24,069 nucleotides of DNA from an uncultured bacterium (GTDB lineage Bacteria; CSSED10-310; CAZUFC01): contig CAZUFC010000123.1 of the NCBI GenBank assembly GCA_964619725.1, positions 1 to 24,069 of the forward strand. Reading direction: 5' to 3'. Position 1 is the stretch's first letter, and each line of letters opens with the position of its first letter. The translations under genes were made by a program, and so were the position numbers. Of the stretch, positions 17,740 through 24,069 are shown in pieces. Below the pieces are notes generated by a model. It did no database searches and was not told where the DNA came from. It saw only the letters and a program-made list of their open reading frames with translations.

Positions 17740-17964
17740 ATGAAACGATACAAAATAGTTATAGAAAGACATCCTGATGCTTACGTGGCATATCCGCTTG
17801 GTATGAAAGGCGTAGTTGTAGGTCAGGGTGACACGTATGAAACAGCATTGAACGACGTAAAATCAGCAATTCAATTCCACATTGAAACATTTGGTTCAGA
17901 AACATTGGAAATAGACCCGCCAGTTCTGGAAGCTTTTATTGCAGAAGCTGGAGTCAATGCCTGA
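17740..17964 (+). CDS. hicB: HicB-family antitoxin, orphan
   Basis: MKRYKIVIERHPDAYVAYPLGMKGVVVGQGDTYETALNDVKSAIQFHIE; the QGDT.E.AL...K.AI..H motif is HicB-like; GAGG RBS. Alternative start at 17734. Confidence 0.8.
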   Translation: MKRYKIVIERHPDAYVAYPLGMKGVVVGQGDTYETALNDVKSAIQFHIETFGSETLEIDPPVLEAFIAEAGVNA

Positions 17965-17967
17965 TGC

Positions 17968-18084
17968 CGAAAAAACTTTACCAGAAGCCGACGCATCTTC
18001 ATCACCGCCGTTTTCCGCATAAGCCTGGACATCCGGCTGGAGTTTAGAAACTTGAAGAATCTGAGAATTCAGTTCGTATCCGAT
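17968..18084 (+). repeat. 117-bp direct repeat, copy B
   Basis: 110/117 identical to 17337-17453. Confidence 0.92.
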
Positions 18085-18402
18085 GCCCTGGTTCAGCAGA
18101 TCATCGAGGGCCGCAAGACGGCTAGCGTGGTCGCTCTGGACAAGGTTGACGTCAAGGAAGATGATTACAACGATGCGCTCGTGGTAGGTCGCTGCTACGA
18201 AGTGTACGACAGCAAGCGGGTACAACGGACCACGATCCGCATTACCGGGATGGAAGTGTGCCGCTGGGACGCGATCCCTGAGCGGCTGTGGCGCGGCGAG
18301 ACAAACTCGAATGCCGGCGAATTCCGGTCCGATCACGAAGAGTATTTCGGGAATCCAGGCGACGACTTTGAGTTCATCGCCTATTATTTCGAGACGGTGT
18401 AG
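18052..18402 (+). CDS. ASCH (PUA-like) domain protein
   Basis: TTG start with GGAG upstream; LVQQIIEGRKTAS matches the ASCH G.KT motif; VGRCYEVYD...TIRIT; visibly GC-richer than its neighbours. Confidence 0.75.
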   Translation: MKNLRIQFVSDALVQQIIEGRKTASVVALDKVDVKEDDYNDALVVGRCYEVYDSKRVQRTTIRITGMEVCRWDAIPERLWRGETNSNAGEFRSDHEEYFGNPGDDFEFIAYYFETV

Positions 18403-19433
18403 CAGCCCTCCGCTTTCTGACTGGCGTGTGCAGCCGACTGATCGGGTGTAGCGGCCGGCGTGAGCGTCTGATGATTCCGGTAAGTCCGGCTGATAAAAGC
18501 AGGATAAGGGCTGCCGTTCCCGTAAAGGTCATTGATGGTATGGGCGTTCCGCATTCATAGGGGCCCATATCGACCAGGGGAGGATCACCGTATCCTACGT
18601 CGGGGCGGAAAGGTATATCCGTAAATCGTGCAATTGGTCAATACCGGATCAGCGCTCGATACGTTGCTTATTCCGCCCCCATAGCCGGAAGTAACGTTGT
18701 TGTAAATAAGGCAATTGACGAAAGTCGGCGCCGCTCCGTAATTTCCTGTTCCGCCTCTTGCATAGCTTGAGCTGTTTGACGATACGGTGCAATTTTGAAA
18801 TGTCGGCGTCGAGCTGCTGTTGTATATCCCGCCGCCTTTTCCCTTGGGATATTCGCCGGAAGCTACGTTACCCGTGAATGAGCATTCCTCGATAGTCAAG
18901 GAAGAACTGGGACCGATCATCAGACCTCCGCCGTAATCGCCCGAAATGTTCCCGGAAAACGATCATCCCGTTATGCTGCCTTCGGCGGCGGCGCTCGTTA
19001 TGTATAAACCGCCTCCCTCGCTTTCGGCTGTGTTGCCGGTGAAAATACAATTTTCGATTTCAGGCGTGGACGCGCTGCCGTACATTCCGCCGGCCCGACC
19101 CTGGGGATAAGCGCCGGTTGCATGATTATTGATAAACTGACAATTTTGAATATGAACCGCGCAATGACCCAGATAGATTCCGCCGCCTATATTGGCGCTG
19201 TGGTCGCGTATAATGCAATTTTTTATGGATGGTTGGTCGACATTCCAAAAATATATGCCGCCTCCCGTGCCGCAGCCGTGACCGTAATCGCTTCCCGTTC
19301 CGTTCTGGATCGTGAATCCTTCAATCACCGTGGACGAACTGAGATATGCCGCGTAAATGACTGTCCCGCTGCCGCCTCCATTGATGAAGGTCACATCAGC
19401 GCCGATGATCCGTAACGTTGGGAAAGAAATCAA
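18374..19433 (-). pseudogene. Decayed parallel beta-helix (GGGIY/Pmp-type repeat) protein with a choice-of-anchor-Q-like end and IPTL-CTERM-like tail
   Basis: ORFs 18963-19433 and 18585-18920 are in one frame, split by a single TGA; no signal peptide (5'-truncated); frame-shifting deletion near 18615; tail PDVGYGDPPLVDMGPYE-CGTP-IPSMTFTGTAALILLLSAGLTGIIRRSRR. Confidence 0.8.
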
Positions 19434-19542
19434 TGCGAGTTTTCAGAATAGAACAAAATGGGAAATTGAAGAACGGTTCGGAGTATTCCGCAAATTTTCC
19501 AATTGCTTTTTGGATTAAAGAAACAGTACATTCGTGGAACAC

Positions 19543-21258
19543 TCAATCAAAATCTCTGGGAATCGGTTCTTCTCCTGCATCTTCAATCATATACAAAGAG
19601 ACGGTCATATTCTTAACGTTGACGGTGCTTGTTCCGGTACAAACGTCCCAGTTATTGCCTACCGCGTAGCATGATATGCTGTAACTCGTTCCATCCTGCA
19701 ACTGCGCCGGTACGACCGAATTGGTGATTGTCGCGTAAGAGCCATTGTTTCGATTTGCCGAGTATATCACCGTGCTTCCTCCCCCACCTCCAGACCTGCT
19801 CCAGGTTATACGGAACGGAGCTGCATAATCGGGATGATTAAATCCGCCTTTCTGAATTCTGAAATCCACGCTTACCGTTACTCCAAGTATAATATTGTTT
19901 GAACTGCTCGGAGTAAACGTATACGTTTTGAACGTTCCTCCACCGCCGCAACTGATTGTTCCAGAATATTCCGCATCATCGAAATAGATGATTTTCGCTG
20001 TTCCCAGGGGTCCGGTAGGTCCCTCGCTTCCCGTATCCCCCTGTGGACCTTCTGGCCCGGTCGGACCAACAGGCCCCTGGATTCCAGTATCGCCTTGGGG
20101 CCCGCTCGGACCTAAAGGGCCCGTGATTCCAGTATCGCCTTCTGGACCAGTCGGACCAACAGCGCCCTGGATTCCAGTATCGCCTTCTGGCCCGGTCGGA
20201 CCAACAGCGCCTTGGATTCCAGTATCACCTTGGGGCCCGGTCGGACCTAAAGGGCCCTGGATTCCAGTATCGCCTTGGGACCCGCTCGGACCTAAAGAAC
20301 CCTGGATTCCAGTATCACCTTGGGGCCCGCTCGGACCTAAAGGGCCCTGGATTCCAGTATCGCCTTGGGGCCCTGTCGGACCATCAGCGCCTTGGATTCC
20401 AGTATCGCCTTGGAGCCCGGTCGGACCTAAAGGGCCCTGGATTCCAGTATCACCTTGGGGGCCGGTCGGACCAACAGCGCCTTGGATTCCTGTATCGCCT
20501 TGGGGCCCGGTCGAACCAACTGAACCATTGATTCCCGTATCGCCTTGAGGCCCGGTCGGACCTAAAGGGCCCTGGATTCCAGTATCGCCTTGAGGTCCTG
20601 TCGGACCATCAGCGCCTTGGATTCCAGTATCGCCTTGAGGCCCTGTCGGACCATCAGCGCCTTGGATTCCAGTATCGCCTTTAGGCCCAGTCGAACCGAC
20701 AGGACCGTGGATTCCCGTATCGCCTTGAGCGCCAGTCGGACCATCAGGGCCCTGAATTCCAGTATCGCCTTGAGGACCGGTCGGACCGATTAGTCCTGAA
20801 GGATCGCCCACCCAATGCCCCGTTTCGTCTATAACCATTCCAGAACCTTGAATATACACGCTGTTAGGATGAATATCCTGATCATAAACATCCTCCGCCT
20901 GTTCGGCTCGAAATGCCTGTGCCGCACTGGTCATTTTCTGCCTTGGCGTTAAAATTTCTCCATCTACTTCGATCTCAAGCCAGTACATTTCGTCAAAATC
21001 CAAATCAATCGTATTATCCGTTCCCAGAATAACATGGAAAACAGCCCGGTCGACTGTTACGCCGCTGTGAGTTTCCGTCCAGAGAAATTCTCCATCAGTT
21101 TCGACATCATATATCCTGAAAATAAAATCATGAACGCCGTCTGAAGGATTGCCTGAATCATCAAGAAGAACCCCCTGATAGTTCAACTGGTGGGGAATAT
21201 CGGCAAATACGACAACGCTGATGAATAATAAACCCAATATAACAGAAAAATTTTTCAC
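19543..21258 (-). CDS. Secreted collagen-like protein
   Basis: GTG start with GGAGG; signal peptide; N-domain [13 protein letters not shown]...FRIYD...LWTE...F.V.LG; ~260 aa of uninterrupted Gly-X-Y; ~150-aa beta-rich C-domain. Confidence 0.9.
   Translation of the reverse strand: MKNFSVILGLLFISVVVFADIPHQLNYQGVLLDDSGNPSDGVHDFIFRIYDVETDGEFLWTETHSGVTVDRAVFHVILGTDNTIDLDFDEMYWLEIEVDGEILTPRQKMTSAAQAFRAEQAEDVYDQDIHPNSVYIQGSGMVIDETGHWVGDPSGLIGPTGPQGDTGIQGPDGPTGAQGDTGIHGPVGSTGPKGDTGIQGADGPTGPQGDTGIQGADGPTGPQGDTGIQGPLGPTGPQGDTGINGSVGSTGPQGDTGIQGAVGPTGPQGDTGIQGPLGPTGLQGDTGIQGADGPTGPQGDTGIQGPLGPSGPQGDTGIQGSLGPSGSQGDTGIQGPLGPTGPQGDTGIQGAVGPTGPEGDTGIQGAVGPTGPEGDTGITGPLGPSGPQGDTGIQGPVGPTGPEGPQGDTGSEGPTGPLGTAKIIYFDDAEYSGTISCGGGGTFKTYTFTPSSSNNIILGVTVSVDFRIQKGGFNHPDYAAPFRITWSRSGGGGGSTVIYSANRNNGSYATITNSVVPAQLQDGTSYSISCYAVGNNWDVCTGTSTVNVKNMTVSLYMIEDAGEEPIPRDFD
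20003..20787 (-). repeat. 45-bp tandem repeat (~17 units) encoding [15 protein letters not shown]
   Basis: Recurring tggattccagtatcgccttg...gtcggacc with 45-nt period. Confidence 0.92.
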
Positions 21259-21421
21259 GCTTTAACCTCCCGATTCATCCATTAAACAGAAAAAATTTCC
21301 AGCATAGGAGCCGAACATCTGATAAGATTATAATCACGGAAATCCATTAAATCAAAAAATCAACAAACAATTTTCTTTCATACGGCGATTAAGCAGACGA
21401 TCGGAAACGCAACGTGCATAG

Positions 21422-21470
21422 TGCGTATTCCGGTGAAAGTTGCCGGCTATTCTGGCAATAAGGCTACCGC
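21422..21470 (+). mobile_element. IS21-family-like terminal remnant
   Basis: TGCGTATTCCGGTGAAAGTTGCCGGCTATTCTGGCAATAAGGCTACCGC: TG terminus and two tandem ~22-bp TATTC(C/T)GG repeats, like IS21/IS408 ends; no istAB follows. Confidence 0.55.
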
Positions 21471-21615
21471 ACGCTTCTTCATCCGACACCCACTTCGAAA
21501 TCTGATCCAAGCCGCCGCTTTTGACCTGCCTGCAGACAGCAAATCCAACATAGTAACGCCGCACAATTTGATAACATTAAAGCAAACCCTTTCGGTCATC
21601 ATTAAAAGAATTTTA

Positions 21616-21797
21616 GGGACTGATCAAACGAAGGTTACAATTTATACCTGCAAAAAAAATTGATTGAGTGAAATCCCCATTCCTAAAAGGGAGCAGATAC
21701 GCTTATGTCGATGCGAGTCGCTCGCGACGAAGCATGAAATCAGCATATCGGGGGTTGTTTTTCTTCTTACTGAAACACAAATACGTAAGGACTTTAT
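21616..21797 (+). mobile_element. Left arm of a larger host element of the GG...CC MITE family
   Basis: Starts GGGACTGATCAAACGAAGGTTACAAT; 21668-21797 is homologous to ~335-453, upstream of MITE copy 1. Confidence 0.65.
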
Positions 21798-21957
21798 GGG
21801 ACTGATCAGACCGGGGTTACACTTCTTTCAAAACTTTTTACGGTTTGTTTCAGTAATCGGGTTCGGTATCGGGGTCGGGGTCGGAATCGAAATAGAAACA
21901 AAATGATGGTTATTCTGTCGAATTGTAATCTAAAAAGTCGCATTTTCGATCAATGCC
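21798..21957 (+). mobile_element. GG...CC MITE, copy 3 (160 bp)
   Basis: GGGACTGATCAGA ... TTCGATCAATGCC, colinear with copies 1 and 2; no flanking duplication visible. Confidence 0.85.
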
Positions 21958-22108
21958 ATGAAATTCAACTCATTTGAACATTAAAAAAATTAAGCCTCCA
22001 CTTGACTGGGAAAAAAAATGAAATCGAATCTCAGCAAGAATCCTTAAAATCATTGCGAAGAGATTTACTCGCAACGAAGAATGGCGTGAATTCGGCATAG
22101 ATATTACT

Positions 22109-22165
22109 TAGTGCCTGTCCACAAACTCGAATCTCGATTCAAAATTTAATGCTGGACAGGCACTA
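22109..22165. mobile_element. 53-bp MITE with 11-bp perfect terminal inverted repeats, TA-flanked
   Basis: TA|GTGCCTGTCCA ... TGGACAGGCAC|TA; second copy at 1-54. Confidence 0.8.
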
Positions 22166-22390
22166 CTTAACGAAAGTCCAATAAACGACGAAAGGAGTTT
22201 TTCGATTAAAAGGAACAGAAGCAACCATTTTCATTATAAAGTAACGGAAGAAGGATTGTTATGCAAAGTATGGAATGAATCCTTGACATCAGTTGAAAAG
22301 GATGATGTTGGTTCGGAAAGAGATAAGGTTTAACGAGATCGGCAGCGACAAAAAGATACATTGAATCGGGAAAATTCAAACGATGGTAAG

Positions 22391-23040
22391 ACTAAAAAGA
22401 AGTGAAAGCGCTGTCGGCAAATATGCAAGGCGAAATATGGTTGATAACCTCTATAATGTACGGGGCCGGATTAAGGTTGAGGGAATCCCTGAGACTCAGG
22501 GTCAAGGATATCGATTTCGAAAGAAATGAGATTTCCGTTCGCAACGGCAAAGGAAACAAAGACCGCATAGTCATGCTCCCCGGCATCGTAAAGAATCCAT
22601 TAACCGATCACCTTAAAACAGTTAAAAAAATCCACGACAATGATTTGAAAGAAGGATACGGCAAAGTAATCATGCCTTACACCCTGGATAGGAAATACCC
22701 CAATGCTCGAAAAGAATGGGCCCGGCAATTCGTCTTCCCTCAACAAAATCGCTGGATAAATCATAAAACGGGAGAACAGGGGAGACATCACCTGAATGAA
22801 TCAATCGTTCAAAAAACTGTGAAACAGGCCGTAAAAAAGGCGGAAATAACCAAACATGCGACGCCCCACACATTGAGACATTCTTTAGCCACGCATCTCC
22901 TGGAAAAAGGTTACGATATAAGAACCGTCCAGGAACTCCTGGTACCTAACGATGTGAAAACTACAATGATATACGCTCATGTTCTGAACAGAGGCGGCCG
23001 AGGAGTCGTAAGAGCCGCGGACGCTCTTCTGGAGGATTAG
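22391..23040 (+). pseudogene. intI: Integron integrase, N-terminally truncated and catalytically damaged
   Basis: [30 protein letters not shown], IntI-specific insert [16 protein letters not shown]...[32 protein letters not shown]; conserved GH is now VP; in-frame TAA at 22393 and no SAM-like N-domain. Confidence 0.9.
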
Positions 23041-23085
23041 AATGATCCTCATAACACCCCAAAATAATCTCAAAGGAGGATACAA

Positions 23086-23187
23086 ATGAATTTGAAAACA
23101 ATTGGATTCAGCTTAATAAGAATGATTCGCAAGCGTCTTATACGGAAAGAATCAGCCAGACTAAGAGTTTTATGCGGGTCCGTATAA
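23086..23187 (+). CDS. Putative 33-aa leader peptide spanning the attI-like site
   Basis: AAGGAGG at 23073-23079, ATG 6 nt later; MNLKTIGFSLIRMIRKRLIRKESARLRVLCGSV*. Confidence 0.35.
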   Translation: MNLKTIGFSLIRMIRKRLIRKESARLRVLCGSV

Positions 23188-23199
23188 TTATAGTTGAAC
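23137..23199 (+). other. attI-like recombination site downstream of intI
   Basis: Direct repeats TTATACGG (23138-23145) and TTATGCGG (23170-23177), inverted copy CCGTATAA (23180-23187), 5-bp spacer, core GTTGAAC (23193-23199) matching GTTRRRY. Confidence 0.6.
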
Positions 23200-24069
23200 G
23201 AAGCCGCGAAGCGGCAAAGAATAAAGCCATTCAATGATTTACGATACGTCTAACAAATGGTGCAAAGGACATTAGACAGTGCCTTCCACATTAACATCAC
23301 CTGTTAAAGATAGTCCTGTTACGTCTACAGGCAGAAAGAGCCGGATAGGCGCTATTTTCCAGGAGCATGGTCGACAATATCTGGATGAATACGGCGCCGG
23401 CATTCTCCCGCAGCATAAAAAGGCGATATGGGACATAGCCCATTGTCGAACAGAAGCGATGGGCGGTCATGTGGAGCAATGCGGCAACTGCGGTTACGAG
23501 CGATACAGTTTCCATTCCTGCGGCAATACGAGCTGCCCTATTTGCGGCGGTGAACGCCGTGAACAGTGGGTGAATGATCGTATGGACGAAATTCTTCTCG
23601 TCCAATATTTTCACGTAGTTTTTACTCTTCCGAAAGAATTACGCGAAGTCGCCCGATCCAATCAGCGTATCGTCTACAACGCCCTCTTCAAAGCTTCTGC
23701 GCAGGCCATGCAAAGATTGGCCCGGGACCCGAAACACATCGGCGGACGGATCGGAATGATGTCGGTCCTACATACATGGGATCAAAAGCTTGGATATCAT
23801 CCTCACGTTCATATGACCGTCCCCGGGGGCGGGATATCATCAAGCGGCCTTTATTGGCTGCCTTCCGGCGAGGAATTCCTCGTTCCTTTGAAACCTCTTA
23901 CCCTTCTGTTCCGCGGAATATTCAAAGGCTTAATGAAACGAGCCGGCCTGATGGATGAGATCGATTCCGCGGTTTGGACTAAAAATTGGGTAGTATACGC
24001 CAAACACGTTCCCAAAAATGAATCAAAGGTTGTTAAATACCTGGCCCGTTACGTTTTCAGAACAGGCAT
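23196..24069 (+). mobile_element. IS91-family rolling-circle element, left (terIS-like) part
   Basis: Begins GAAC, followed by the subterminal hairpin GCCGC-GAA-GCGGC (23203-23215) and the transposase gene. Confidence 0.65.
23279..24069 (+). CDS. IS91-family (Y2/HUH) transposase, runs off the window and is absent from the ORF track
   Basis: GTG start with AAGGA; Zn-binding CRTEAMGGH..QCGNC...HSCGNTSCPIC; YFHVVFTLP; LHTWDQKLGYHPHVHM.VPGGG (HUH); KYLARY. Confidence 0.95.
   Translation, partial: MPSTLTSPVKDSPVTSTGRKSRIGAIFQEHGRQYLDEYGAGILPQHKKAIWDIAHCRTEAMGGHVEQCGNCGYERYSFHSCGNTSCPICGGERREQWVNDRMDEILLVQYFHVVFTLPKELREVARSNQRIVYNALFKASAQAMQRLARDPKHIGGRIGMMSVLHTWDQKLGYHPHVHMTVPGGGISSSGLYWLPSGEEFLVPLKPLTLLFRGIFKGLMKRAGLMDEIDSAVWTKNWVVYAKHVPKNESKVVKYLARYVFRTG

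Noticed and set aside
17337-18084. DGR template/variable repeat pair
   Set aside because: No reverse transcriptase in the window, the 7 differences are not adenine-specific, and the repeat is at a gene start rather than a C-terminus.
17277-18336. Minus-strand ORFs 17277-17474 and 17896-18336 that resemble each other
   Set aside because: Their similarity comes only from the 117-bp repeat; they are antisense to better-supported features.
17019-18965. Genome-wide TGA recoding (Gly or Trp), suggested by two in-frame TGAs
   Set aside because: Intact genes end in TGA (1571, 4359, 5806, 13218, 19543); the two internal TGAs replace different residues (Gly, Cys) in genes with other lesions.
19420-19520. 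IS4/IS5-like transposase fragment (RTKWEIEERF)
   Set aside because: Too short, with no other DDE motifs or ends.
20003-20787. CRISPR array
   Set aside because: The 45-bp period has no unique spacers and encodes in-frame collagen; no cas genes.
21664-21906. 80-aa ORF ending IGFGIGVGVGIEIETK
   Set aside because: Chance translation of MITE sequence and its hexamer array; no RBS.
23297-23958. ORF-track entries 23297-23614 (-) and 23776-23958 (+)
   Set aside because: Alternative frames of the IS91 transposase, which the track missed because it has no stop in the window.

Overview
A 24-kb bacterial chromosomal window, probably from a diderm (two likely outer-membrane barrels). A housekeeping core (PIN-PhoH protein divergent from hsp20-lon, an RNase Z-like hydrolase and a Na+/solute symporter) sits among large secreted or surface proteins: a Cna-B/IPT-like repeat protein, an Asp-box + P-domain protein with an IPTL-CTERM-like tail, a decayed beta-helix protein and a collagen-like protein. 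The intergenic DNA is dense with mobile-element debris: a ~150-bp GG...CC MITE family (three full copies, one apparently nested in a larger relative, several orphan ends), a 53-bp TA-flanked MITE, an IS21-like end and three broken toxin-antitoxin modules. The right end holds the most notable arrangement: a decayed integron integrase followed on its 3' side by an attI-like site, spanned by a small ORF with a strong Shine-Dalgarno (SD), with an IS91-family HUH transposase element starting exactly at the GTTGAAC core site, as if captured as the first cassette. A sawtooth, gene-length GC-skew pattern is also visible. All calls come from motif recognition by eye; no database searches were run.
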